Below are positions 41,265 to 50,099 of a stretch of 64,000 nt of DNA, piece by piece. Position numbers and translations under genes: made by a program. Each line of letters opens with the position of its first letter. The stretch's first letter is position 1. The stretch lies in IMG/VR virus record IMGVR_UViG_3300032234_000392, positions 32,001 to 96,000 of that record; one strand, written 5' to 3'. Below the pieces are notes generated by a model. It was given only the letters and a program-made list of their open reading frames with translations. It searched no databases and was not told the origin of the DNA. This stretch comes from a virus. Taxonomy: Duplodnaviria; Caudoviricetes.

Positions 41265-42091
41265 AGTCCATTCCTTACTTTGATTAGTCGAATCATCATT
41301 GCTTCATCTTCTTTTTCATAGTCTGCTTCGATCTTTTGAAGCAGTTTATGTGCTTTAGTTTGTGCTTTTTTAAACACAGGATCTTTTGGAATACCCCAAC
41401 TTAACTTACCACCATTAGCTTCACGTTGTGCTTCGCAAGCCGCAGTCCATCCACTGGCTTCGTAAGGGTCAGGACGGTTGCGATAGGTAGTAGTCCACCA
41501 AGTGTACAAGTCTAGTATTTCTTGTGCTTTAACTGCCTGTGGAGTAAGTTCTCCGAGATCTTTAAAGTCCTTGCCAACTTCATCTTCGTTCCAACGTAGA
41601 TTACGTTGCCATTCGAGATTGTCTAATCCTGCTTGAGGGCAGCGCCAGGTGCGCCAACGGAACCAACCACTGGCCCAGAACGGTGCGTTATACTTGTCAC
41701 GTTCTTCCTCGTTCCAAGCAATGTGCCACCATGCTAGTTCAATTTCCACAAAGTCTACAAGCTCGTTAAAAAGACAAGGAAGAAATCGATTGCCAACATC
41801 GCACCATTGTCCTGGTTTAATGTCCTTGGTATGTGCAGTAAGACTGTGAGTTCGACTGACCCAACGATTATTAATATAGTATTTGATTGAATGCAGAGTA
41901 TCGGGAATAAAATAAACTACATTAGAAATATAATCTAGCCCTTCTTCGGCTAACCAATACCGTATTCGACTATAGCCTTGGGCTTTTCTACCCCATTCGT
42001 CCCACTGTTCAGACGTGCCAGCAGATGGTTTTGGAGTTCCGCGAACCCAATCTGCAAACTTGCTACAACTCCAATAGTGGGACCTGCTCAT
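41255..42091 (-). CDS. Trp-rich hypothetical phage protein
   Basis: 278-aa ORF, AAGGA SD, sigma70 promoter upstream. Confidence 0.78.
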   Translation of the reverse strand: MSRSHYWSCSKFADWVRGTPKPSAGTSEQWDEWGRKAQGYSRIRYWLAEEGLDYISNVVYFIPDTLHSIKYYINNRWVSRTHSLTAHTKDIKPGQWCDVGNRFLPCLFNELVDFVEIELAWWHIAWNEEERDKYNAPFWASGWFRWRTWRCPQAGLDNLEWQRNLRWNEDEVGKDFKDLGELTPQAVKAQEILDLYTWWTTTYRNRPDPYEASGWTAACEAQREANGGKLSWGIPKDPVFKKAQTKAHKLLQKIEADYEKEDEAMMIRLIKVRNGLWT

Positions 42092-42127
42092 GACGATGTT
42101 CCTTAAAAGTTTCTGTCGAACACTTTA

Positions 42128-42156
42128 ATTATACTATCTTTACTAAAACATGTCAA
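42128..42156 (-). promoter_or_regulatory. Consensus sigma70 promoter
   Basis: TTGACA-17 nt-TATAAT. Confidence 0.85.
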
Positions 42157-42161
42157 TATGT

Positions 42162-42380
42162 TTATTTTTTAGAGTCTTTTAAACCCCATTGGATGTGTGC
42201 CCAAAGTCTATCGTACAGATAGTAGCTGGTCATCCAAACACAGTTGATAACGATTGTAGGAATCAGAGCCTGTGTTAGACTTTGACCAGTAATCAAAAGC
42301 ATGGCATAGGTCGAACATATTACCCAAATACGATAGATAATAGTTTTGACTAATGTTCTACGTCGAGTTTCTCGATTCAT
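42162..42380 (-). CDS. Small membrane protein (DUF2061-like)
   Basis: RTLVKTIIYR...YYLYDRLWAHIQWG with two hydrophobic helices. Confidence 0.7.
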   Translation of the reverse strand: MNRETRRRTLVKTIIYRIWVICSTYAMLLITGQSLTQALIPTIVINCVWMTSYYLYDRLWAHIQWGLKDSKK

Positions 42381-42535
42381 CGTCCACGACCAGCTGCTTT
42401 CTTTGCTGGCCGATTAGTAGTGACTTGTCCGCCACCAATGCCCTTTTCGCCACCACCGGAACTTTTCTTACCCGGTTTTTGATTGGCTGCTTTTTTCTTT
42501 TCTAATGCTGCTTTTAAAACGTCCGATGCACTCAT
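42377..42535 (-). CDS. 52-aa basic Gly/Lys-rich peptide (not in ORF track)
   Basis: MSASDVLKAALEKKKAANQKPGKKSSGGGEKGIGGGQVTTNRPAKKAAGRGR; AAGGAG SD; ATGA overlap with the next gene. Confidence 0.7.
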   Translation of the reverse strand: MSASDVLKAALEKKKAANQKPGKKSSGGGEKGIGGGQVTTNRPAKKAAGRGR

Positions 42536-42537
42536 AA

Positions 42538-43224
42538 TTACTCCTTAGAGATTAAGGTTTCAGCCATTGGAAATACTTTGGCAATGACTTTGGCACAGGC
42601 TATGGCTATTTCCTGATGTTCTTTTTGTGTACCGTTGCCTGAACGCAGTTCGATAAAGTGTACCCACGAACGTAATGTCCCATTCATGTATAGCCGACTA
42701 ACGGTATTGCCTTCCGGCAGAACTGCTCGAGCTTGTTCTTTGGCTATACCATTATTGACAGCCCACTCGTATGTGGATTTTGCGAGTGCAATGAGTTCTC
42801 GCTGTTTAGTAGCCCATTGTTCTTGTAAGTTCTGATCGCCAAGTGTTGCCTCGAGTTCAACGGAGTTCTGTCTATTTTTTGGGTCTTGCTTTCGTGCTGC
42901 TCTAACCACAAACGAGAGGTCTTTAGTAGGGTCAGCATATCGTTGGCTGAACTCTTGGAAACTAAAACTTCTGTGTCGCAAGATCTGTCGGGCAATGTCT
43001 CTGGTTGTGGTAATTTCGAGACAGGCTGATACCATCTCCAAGGGACTCCAGTGTGCGTGTTTAACAAGATATCGTATAAGCTTCTCTGATGTCTCTGTAT
43101 TGAGCTGGTTGCTTGGGTTGCTGACACGGGCGCAATACGCAATGAGTTCCTGCGCATCTGAGATACCCATATCGGTAAATTGTTCTGTTGGCTGTGAATA
43201 GGACAGTAAGCGTACATCCATCAT
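42538..43224 (-). CDS. thyX: Flavin-dependent thymidylate synthase
   Basis: HWSPLE, RHRSFSFQEFSQRY, EQARAVLP. Confidence 0.95.
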   Translation of the reverse strand: MMDVRLLSYSQPTEQFTDMGISDAQELIAYCARVSNPSNQLNTETSEKLIRYLVKHAHWSPLEMVSACLEITTTRDIARQILRHRSFSFQEFSQRYADPTKDLSFVVRAARKQDPKNRQNSVELEATLGDQNLQEQWATKQRELIALAKSTYEWAVNNGIAKEQARAVLPEGNTVSRLYMNGTLRSWVHFIELRSGNGTQKEHQEIAIACAKVIAKVFPMAETLISKE

Positions 43225-43691
43225 TTTTCCTTTAGGATTTTCATTAATTTTTCTTTTTCAAGAAGGTCTTTTTCTAGTTCTATATATTGTTTACGTAATT
43301 CTTTTAACTGATCCCAACGGTCTTCTAGTTCTGGATTAGGATTTAGAATACCTAAACGTTCTTCAATTTTGTCAATAGCTTCACTTAAACTCTTACCACC
43401 AATTTTAATATCTCCGCCTTCTTTAATATTAACACCATTGGTATCAATTTTGACAGTAGCATCAGTAGTGCCCCAACTACCGTTAGTAGCTGTGGTATAA
43501 TTTTGATTCCACATTACAGTTGATGGAACAGTAATGCTTGTGTCGCCTGAATAAATTAAAGGATCTAAGGTTATTGTGTCACTGCCGGAACTGCCGCCAA
43601 TCCCTGCACCGGTGTTAAGGGTGTACGAAGATTGGCCGGCGCCTCCTAGACTGCTACCAAGAACGATTGTGTTATCGTCTTGATCGAGCAC
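43221..43691 (-). CDS. Hypothetical protein with C-terminal coiled coil
   Basis: Start reassigned to GTG 43691, just after the upstream stop. Confidence 0.65.
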   Translation of the reverse strand: MLDQDDNTIVLGSSLGGAGQSSYTLNTGAGIGGSSGSDTITLDPLIYSGDTSITVPSTVMWNQNYTTATNGSWGTTDATVKIDTNGVNIKEGGDIKIGGKSLSEAIDKIEERLGILNPNPELEDRWDQLKELRKQYIELEKDLLEKEKLMKILKEK

Positions 43692-43692
43692 T

Positions 43693-43887
43693 TTACGCTG
43701 CTTTGGCTTCTTTACGAGCATTCTTCTCTGCTGTGATTTCATTGCGGCGAGCTTTGATCAACTTGCCTGCTTCTGCTAGAGCTTTACGAGCACGAGTACC
43801 AGCGGCTGAATTGCCACTTGCAAACTTTGCATCTTCTGCTAGAAATGTATCCATTGCTGCTTTTAGTTGTTCTACTGTGTTTGACAT
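43693..43887 (-). CDS. Histone H1-like (Hc1-family) nucleoid protein
   Basis: F..GNSAAGTRARKAL motif; TATAAGTA box at 43913-43920; AAGGA SD. Confidence 0.75.
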   Translation of the reverse strand: MSNTVEQLKAAMDTFLAEDAKFASGNSAAGTRARKALAEAGKLIKARRNEITAEKNARKEAKAA

Positions 43888-43928
43888 AATGTTTCCTTTT
43901 GTTATGTGCATTTACTTATAAAAGTAAT

Positions 43929-44039
43929 TGGTGTGGTCGGTAGGTTTCGAACCTACAAAGGCTACGAACTACGTCAGCGCCCCTTCCCCTAACCGTGCTA
44001 TGGGCCCGGCGGGAGCTTTGCCAATTTGCTCACGACCAC
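43929..44039 (-). ncRNA. tRNA-like RNA, 111 nt, no assignable anticodon
   Basis: Acceptor GTGGTCG/CGACCAC plus A plus CCA; D-arm AGC-AAATTGGCAAA-GCT; T-arm GTAGG-TTCGAAA-CCTAC; 57 nt between D- and T-arms. Confidence 0.8.
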
Positions 44040-44045
44040 AAGTAT

Positions 44046-44074
44046 ATTATATAATCTTTGTAAAATTTATTCAA
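44046..44074 (-). promoter_or_regulatory. sigma70 promoter of the tRNA-like RNA
   Basis: TTGAAT-17 nt-TATAAT; the 7th nt downstream of the -10 box is G1 of the acceptor stem. Confidence 0.8.
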
Positions 44075-44143
44075 CATATTTTTAATCATTATCTACACTA
44101 TACCACCAATAAATTGCATATATAACACAGCGCACGGAGAAAT

Positions 44144-44896
44144 ATGAATATTAACAAGTATGAATTTGGTATTTTAGGATACGGTTATGTTGGAAGAGCC
44201 ACACACTTTGGACTTCTAAAAAATCAACCTATTGCAATACACGACACAATATTAGGTACATCAATAACCAATTTAAAAGATTCAAAATTTATTTTTGTTT
44301 GTATCCCAACATCAACAGATAGCGACATTGATCTAATGATAGATACAATGAAATTATTGGTATCCCAAAACCCTCAATGTCAACTGATTGTTAGAAGCAC
44401 TCTTCCAATCGGTAGTTGTGCCAAAATTGAAAGTCAATTAGGTGTAAAGATTTTTTATATTCCAGAATTTTTAAGAGAGCGATTTTGGGAAGAGGACTGC
44501 CAACGACGTCCACTGATAGTTGGACATAACGGACTAATAATTCCCAAATGGTTATCGGTTGAACAACTTACAGAATGCTCTAACCAAGAAGCAGAGATGG
44601 TTAAAATGTTTTCTAACAATTTTGCATCAGTAAGAATTGCGTTTGCCAACTTATTTTATGATGTAGCTCAACAACTTGGCGCAGACTATGATCATATTAA
44701 AACAATGTATTCTAGTGTAGCACACGATCAAACTTATATGGAAGTTCCAGGGCATGACGGAACAAGAGGATTTGGTGGAAAATGCTTGCCTAAAGATTTA
44801 GATTTTATGATTGATACTTTAGATTTTCACAACATAGACAGTCAATGGTTTAAAAATATACGAGAATTAAACAAAAAATGGCAAAAAAAGTTTTAG
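44144..44896 (+). CDS. UDP-glucose/GDP-mannose dehydrogenase family (short, lacks C-terminal domain)
   Basis: GYGYVG, CIPT, RST, PEFLRE, K...N, GFGGKCLPKD. Confidence 0.85.
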   Translation: MNINKYEFGILGYGYVGRATHFGLLKNQPIAIHDTILGTSITNLKDSKFIFVCIPTSTDSDIDLMIDTMKLLVSQNPQCQLIVRSTLPIGSCAKIESQLGVKIFYIPEFLRERFWEEDCQRRPLIVGHNGLIIPKWLSVEQLTECSNQEAEMVKMFSNNFASVRIAFANLFYDVAQQLGADYDHIKTMYSSVAHDQTYMEVPGHDGTRGFGGKCLPKDLDFMIDTLDFHNIDSQWFKNIRELNKKWQKKF

Positions 44897-45750
44897 TCAC
44901 TGGCGCCTCTGGATTAATAGGGAGAGAACTTTGCAAACAGTTGTCTTTAAATTTTACAGTTGTTGGAGTTGATAATGGTTTTCGATATCCGAAAAGCGAA
45001 TCTTCTTTTGAAATCATTCAACAAAATTTAATAGACTATTTGCAAATAACAAAAAACGATTTTGATTTTGTTTTTCACATGAGTGCAATTAACGGAACAA
45101 AATATTTTTATGACATTCCTACTCAGCTAATCGAAAACAATATAACATCTGATCTTGCTGTATTTAATTTTATGCAAAAAAATCCGAACAGCAAATTAAT
45201 CTATGCTAGTAGCAGTGAAATTGTTGCCGGTACTATTGAAATTCCAACCCCAGAACTGGTCGATGTGCATATTGAGAATATACACAATCCACGATGGAGT
45301 TATAGATTAACAAAAATGTTGTCGGAAAATTATTTGATGAACAGTCAAATAAATTTTTTGATTATTAGATTTTTTAATGTGTTCGGAAAACACTCAGGTA
45401 CTGGACATTTTATCAAAGACATAATTGATAAAATACACAATGAAGACTATTCATTAATTGGTGCTAACGAAACTAGATCATTTTGCAGAGTTGAGGATGC
45501 AGTTGATGCAGTTATACATATACATGATCGAGTATCAAGAGAGATAGTTAATGTTGGTAGCGACGAAGAAATTTCAGTTTTAGATGCTGCCAACATTATT
45601 GCTCAACAAAAAAATAAAACGGTTAACTGGAAGTTGATAGATTCTAAGTTAGGTAGCGTTGTAAGGCGGAATCCCTCTCTAAAAAAATTATTAAAATATT
45701 ATCCAACATTTAAACCAAAACGTTTTAAAGATTCGGTCGCTGATCTATGA
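44878..45750 (+). CDS. NAD-dependent epimerase/decarboxylase (UXS/ArnA-like)
   Basis: TGASGLIG, ASSSE, PRWSYRLTK, RFFNVFG, TRSFC. Confidence 0.85.
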   Translation: MAKKVLVTGASGLIGRELCKQLSLNFTVVGVDNGFRYPKSESSFEIIQQNLIDYLQITKNDFDFVFHMSAINGTKYFYDIPTQLIENNITSDLAVFNFMQKNPNSKLIYASSSEIVAGTIEIPTPELVDVHIENIHNPRWSYRLTKMLSENYLMNSQINFLIIRFFNVFGKHSGTGHFIKDIIDKIHNEDYSLIGANETRSFCRVEDAVDAVIHIHDRVSREIVNVGSDEEISVLDAANIIAQQKNKTVNWKLIDSKLGSVVRRNPSLKKLLKYYPTFKPKRFKDSVADL

Positions 45751-46733
45751 CAGATTTTCAATCAATTCCTTTTTCACAGATAGTTCGATTCGGGCAACAG
45801 ACCATGTTGAATCGACCATTATTTTCCACCAGTTGGATACTTGGAAGATTTTGTAATTATAATTGTTCATATTGTTGGCCCTATGCTCGAACCGACGTAC
45901 CTGATTATCAATCGTTGAACACTTATAAACACACCATAGACCAAATAAAACATCAAGCTCGACAAAATGGATTTACTGAATTTCACTGGAGTTTTAGTGG
46001 AGGCGAACCTACTGCCTACAAAGAACTAATTAATCTAATTAAACACCTAGATGACGGTGTCCAAACTCCGTACCAAAGTGTACACATGACTACCAATCTT
46101 AGTCCTAGCAGAAAATGGTGGAAAAATTGGTTAGATGCAACTGCACTATTACAACGTAGAAGTATTACAGCCAGCTTCCATGACGAGTTTGCTCGAGAGC
46201 AAGAGTTTGGAGACAAGTGTCTGCAATTGATATATGATAATGTACACGTGACGATTAATCAAGTTATGGTACCTGAAAAGTTTTATGAACTATATGATAG
46301 AATGACCCGGCTACATAATCGTGGTATTAATATTACTCTCAAGCCCCAAAGCGATCCTACAGCCAGCAGCATTGTCAGCGGTTATACAGAAGATATGATA
46401 CACCTTATGAAGACAGGATTTCCACAACAATCAAAGGGAGAAGATGTCTACCAAATTGCACTGTACGACGCAAACAATACAGAATATCTATTTGATCAAG
46501 CCGAAAGATTTAATGCATTCGGGTTCAATCGTTTTACTGATTGGTCTTGCAATGCTGGCTATCAAAGTGTTATAATAAGAGGTGCTGAAGTTAAAAGATC
46601 TTATAGTTGTCACGATCAACCTCTCGGTACATTAACTCAAGGATTTAATCTGTTTACTCAGCCAGTGGTATGCTCTACGCCTAGTTGTGTTAGTTCAGCA
46701 GATTCTAAGATACCAAAATGCAAGTTGACCTAA
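45747..46733 (+). CDS. Radical SAM protein with C-terminal Cys (twitch-like) domain
   Basis: CNYNCSYC, SGGEP, C-terminal CNAG...SC...C....C. Confidence 0.88.
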   Translation: MTDFQSIPFSQIVRFGQQTMLNRPLFSTSWILGRFCNYNCSYCWPYARTDVPDYQSLNTYKHTIDQIKHQARQNGFTEFHWSFSGGEPTAYKELINLIKHLDDGVQTPYQSVHMTTNLSPSRKWWKNWLDATALLQRRSITASFHDEFAREQEFGDKCLQLIYDNVHVTINQVMVPEKFYELYDRMTRLHNRGINITLKPQSDPTASSIVSGYTEDMIHLMKTGFPQQSKGEDVYQIALYDANNTEYLFDQAERFNAFGFNRFTDWSCNAGYQSVIIRGAEVKRSYSCHDQPLGTLTQGFNLFTQPVVCSTPSCVSSADSKIPKCKLT

Positions 46734-47311
46734 CTCATATATTATTCTGGATGGATGCTATTCGCAATAGCCAAGATCCCAAACGGACATTAGAATCATT
46801 TTGGAAAGGGCAGATTCAAAGTAAAGAGTGGCTATTAGATAATTTGTGCCCTCGACTCCCTTATAATGCTTCAATTGATATTCACGGTGGTTGGAATGGT
46901 GTGCTGGCTAGCTTACTTTTTCAAAAGGTTAAAGATATCAAGAATATTCGCAGTCTAGATATAGATCCCGCTTGTGAAGAAATTGCCTCTACAATGAACA
47001 AGCTGGAAGAAATGCAAGGAAGATTCCATGCTATAACTGCTGACATGTGTGCTGTTCGATCAGACGCCGATGTTATTATCAATACCAGTTGTGAACATAT
47101 TACACAAGAACAATACGATCTGTGGATAAGTGGTGTTCCCTACAACAGTTTAATCGTGTTGCAGAGTAATAATTACGACATTGAAGAACATGTAAGAATT
47201 GCAAATAGTTTAGAACATTTTGTAGAACAGAGCCAATTAGAAGTAAGATGGGCAGGTGAACTTAAACTGCCGTTATACACACGATATATGATTATAGGAA
47301 CACATAAATGA
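46718..47311 (+). CDS. Class I SAM-dependent methyltransferase-like protein
   Basis: IHGGWNG, SLDIDP, ADM, INTSCEH pattern. Confidence 0.65.
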   Translation: MQVDLTHILFWMDAIRNSQDPKRTLESFWKGQIQSKEWLLDNLCPRLPYNASIDIHGGWNGVLASLLFQKVKDIKNIRSLDIDPACEEIASTMNKLEEMQGRFHAITADMCAVRSDADVIINTSCEHITQEQYDLWISGVPYNSLIVLQSNNYDIEEHVRIANSLEHFVEQSQLEVRWAGELKLPLYTRYMIIGTHK

Positions 47312-48147
47312 CACAACGAATTTTAATTATGGGATTGCCTGGGTCGGGTAAAACCACACTAGCAGAAGCACTCAAAAAGTATCTAGAACAACACGGAACC
47401 ATGAATACTTTTGCTGCTGAACAATTACCACTCACAGGATTTGGTGCTCAAGTGACCTGGTTCAATGCTGATGACATACGTCGCAAGTACAATGACTGGG
47501 ACTTCAGCAATGATGGTCGTATTCGTCAAAGTATGAGAATGTTTCAGTTTAGTATAGAGGCAGGTGGCGACTATGTTATTTGTGACTTTGTTGCTCCACT
47601 AGTAGAAATGCGTAATAATTTTAAAGCTGATTGGACTATATGGGTAGATACTATCCGTGAAGGTCGCTATGCCGACACGAATGCGGCCTTTGTCGAGCCC
47701 GAAGTATATGACTTCCGAGTCACAGAACAAAATGCAGAAAAGTGGGCAGAATTTATTGGCGAGCATATTATAGAAAATCGTCGCCGGCCTACGTTTGATT
47801 GGAAGAAAGAAACAGTACAGATGTTAGGTCGCTGGCAACCGTGGCATGATGGACATCGTGCATTGTTTGAAAGACTAATAGCACGTACAGGACAAGTGGT
47901 TATTCAAATACGTGATGTGCAAGGATGGCAAGGTAGCAATCCATTCGAAGTGGCAAAAGTCAAGGCATTCATTCGTCGAGACCTAGACCCAATCTATCAA
48001 GGACAATATGAAATACAAGTAGTTCCAAATATTGTACACATCGGTTGGGGCAGAGGAGTAGGATATACCAGTGGCGAGGAAACATTCGATGAAACAATTA
48101 CAGATATTAGTGCTACAAAGATTCGTAAGGAACTGGGTCTAAAGTGA
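47308..48147 (+). CDS. APS-kinase-like P-loop domain fused to an HxGH nucleotidyltransferase domain
   Basis: GLPGSGKTT, NADDIR...DFS.DGR; C-terminal GRWQPWHDGH and ISATKIR. Confidence 0.75.
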   Translation: MTQRILIMGLPGSGKTTLAEALKKYLEQHGTMNTFAAEQLPLTGFGAQVTWFNADDIRRKYNDWDFSNDGRIRQSMRMFQFSIEAGGDYVICDFVAPLVEMRNNFKADWTIWVDTIREGRYADTNAAFVEPEVYDFRVTEQNAEKWAEFIGEHIIENRRRPTFDWKKETVQMLGRWQPWHDGHRALFERLIARTGQVVIQIRDVQGWQGSNPFEVAKVKAFIRRDLDPIYQGQYEIQVVPNIVHIGWGRGVGYTSGEETFDETITDISATKIRKELGLK

Positions 48148-48356
48148 ACAAATATCACATTAGATTTAATACACAACACAATGGATCGGGTCTGTGCTGG
48201 CGTATTTTTGAAAATGGGCAAGAACATTTGGTACGCAGTTTTAAGATAACTGCAACTACCTTTGATGAAATTACTGTAGAAAACGGTGTAGAAAAATGGA
48301 ATCTGTGTTGTCACGGATACATGACTATTATCGACAATCATGCAATAATTAGATAG
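48144..48356 (+). CDS. Hypothetical protein
   Basis: 70-aa ORF with GTGA overlap. Confidence 0.65.
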   Translation: MNKYHIRFNTQHNGSGLCWRIFENGQEHLVRSFKITATTFDEITVENGVEKWNLCCHGYMTIIDNHAIIR

Positions 48357-48369
48357 GGAAGGTATTAAA

Positions 48370-49128
48370 ATGCAAAATTTAATATTTTCTACAACCAGTA
48401 AAGAAATAAAAAAACTTAATTTTATTAGAACAGATCCCGATATTGACAGTGATTTTTATGGAACTGATACTAAAAAGTTATTTGAAACAAATTTAAAAAC
48501 TCAAAGTGATACATGGCTCTATAGAACACAACCAGTAAACTATTCAGTCAATTCAGATGGATATAGAACAAAAGAGTTTAAAATGATTGATTGGGCTAAT
48601 TCGATAGTTGTGTTTGGATGTTCGGTAGTTTTCGGTACAGGTGTTGATAACCAACACACTATACCAGCAATGATTGAACAGCAATCTGGAATACCTACAA
48701 TTAATATGGGAATAGGCGGATCCTCGATGATGGCCTCTTTTCATAATTCTCTAATACTAAATCAAAGATACCCAACTCCTCTAGCAATAGTTCATTTGTG
48801 GACTGATTATTCTAGAACAGTTTATTACTATAAAAAATATGTAGAACATTACGGAGCTTGGGATATTAAAGATAATAATTACATACATCATTGGAACAAG
48901 GATGAAGAACACGCTAAATGTCAAGCATTGTTCGTACAAATGGCTAGCCAACAAATATGGAATGGGCGTACAAAATACTATGAAGCTAGTCTATTTTCAG
49001 CAACACAAAAATTATTAGGTTGCGACAAAATAAATGACAGATACGACAAAGCAAGAGATTTAATGCATAACGGCATCGAAACAAATAAAAATGCAGCTAA
49101 ACAAATTTTAGATAATTTGGAACTATAA
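48370..49128 (+). CDS. SGNH/GDSL-like hydrolase
   Basis: FGCSVVFGTG, NMGIGGSS, D.MHNG (DxxH) blocks. Confidence 0.65.
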   Translation: MQNLIFSTTSKEIKKLNFIRTDPDIDSDFYGTDTKKLFETNLKTQSDTWLYRTQPVNYSVNSDGYRTKEFKMIDWANSIVVFGCSVVFGTGVDNQHTIPAMIEQQSGIPTINMGIGGSSMMASFHNSLILNQRYPTPLAIVHLWTDYSRTVYYYKKYVEHYGAWDIKDNNYIHHWNKDEEHAKCQALFVQMASQQIWNGRTKYYEASLFSATQKLLGCDKINDRYDKARDLMHNGIETNKNAAKQILDNLEL

Positions 49129-49476
49129 ATGCAACGATGTTCGATTAAAATTTCTAATTTAAATGTAAATTACCAAGACTACAAAGAATTTGATTCTGCA
49201 GTTGAAGAAATTCTGTTATCAAAATATGGTGAAGAATTTATTTTTGATTTTGACGTATGGTGGAGACAATCTAGCATCGATTATAGAGTAAAAAATTATT
49301 CGCTGCATTCAAAAAATTGGGACCCTAAATCAAAATCATCTATAATTATTTGGGAAACTCCTAACCAAATAACACCGTTCGTAAATTATTTTTTTAATCA
49401 CAAAATGTTTTTAAAATTTAAAAATGCACTAGAAGAAAAAGAGTGGATTGTTAGCGAAACAATTATTGAAATATGA
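49129..49476 (+). CDS. Hypothetical protein
   Basis: 115-aa ORF contiguous with its neighbours. Confidence 0.6.
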   Translation: MQRCSIKISNLNVNYQDYKEFDSAVEEILLSKYGEEFIFDFDVWWRQSSIDYRVKNYSLHSKNWDPKSKSSIIIWETPNQITPFVNYFFNHKMFLKFKNALEEKEWIVSETIIEI

Positions 49477-50099
49477 AACCAGTAATGTTATATACTTTAC
49501 CAAGAACAAGAGCTACGGTACTTTTTTATGGGTGTCGTAGAGCTATTGTTAAAGACGAAGTTTTTTCTTCTACTAATTTAGATTTAAATGCTGATAGTAT
49601 TAGAAAAGCGTTCTATAAAATTGAAGATCCAAATACTGTATTAAAAATACACGGAGCACATATTAGCAGATCATCGATTGTGCAAGAATGGTACAGCAAA
49701 TCTTTAGATTCTAAAACATATGACATATTTGTAGTTGAACGCCCAGATAGACTAAACACATTTCTAAGTCTTATTCTTGCAGAAAAATTTGGATATATTA
49801 AAGCAGAAGAAATTGATCCTTTTGAATTTTTCGTAACTGAAAATGACATAGAAAAAATTAAAGATGAAATAGATCACTATCTCAAATACTATCCAACTTA
49901 TGGTACGATAGTTAATTTAAAAAATTATCCTCAAGATTATTTTGATCCGTTATTAATGAATACCAACGATCAAGAAAGTTATAAAAAATATCAATATATT
50001 AAAAACTTTAACTGGACGGTAGACCAAATACAAAAGATTTTAACATCCGTCGAAACTAAATGGCAACAAAAAATTAACAACTTAAATACACACATATGA
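49473..50099 (+). CDS. Possible sulfotransferase-like P-loop protein
   Basis: N-terminal TLPRTRAT resembles the PRT(G)S 5'-PSB loop; later R.D....FLS..LA. Confidence 0.45.
   Translation: MKPVMLYTLPRTRATVLFYGCRRAIVKDEVFSSTNLDLNADSIRKAFYKIEDPNTVLKIHGAHISRSSIVQEWYSKSLDSKTYDIFVVERPDRLNTFLSLILAEKFGYIKAEEIDPFEFFVTENDIEKIKDEIDHYLKYYPTYGTIVNLKNYPQDYFDPLLMNTNDQESYKKYQYIKNFNWTVDQIQKILTSVETKWQQKINNLNTHI

Noticed and set aside
42744-43217. 157-aa alternative-frame ORF inside thyX
   Set aside because: It is a same-strand frame shadow with no recognisable features; thyX explains the region.
43929-44039. tmRNA, tRNA-Sec, or intron-containing canonical tRNA
   Set aside because: There is no G3-U70 pair or tag ORF, no UCA anticodon or G73, and removing a segment after position 37 does not give a loop with U33.
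43928-44125. 65-aa plus-strand ORF (MVWSVGFEPT...)
   Set aside because: It is the antisense reading of the tRNA-like RNA; 'GFEP' is the typical T-arm artefact.
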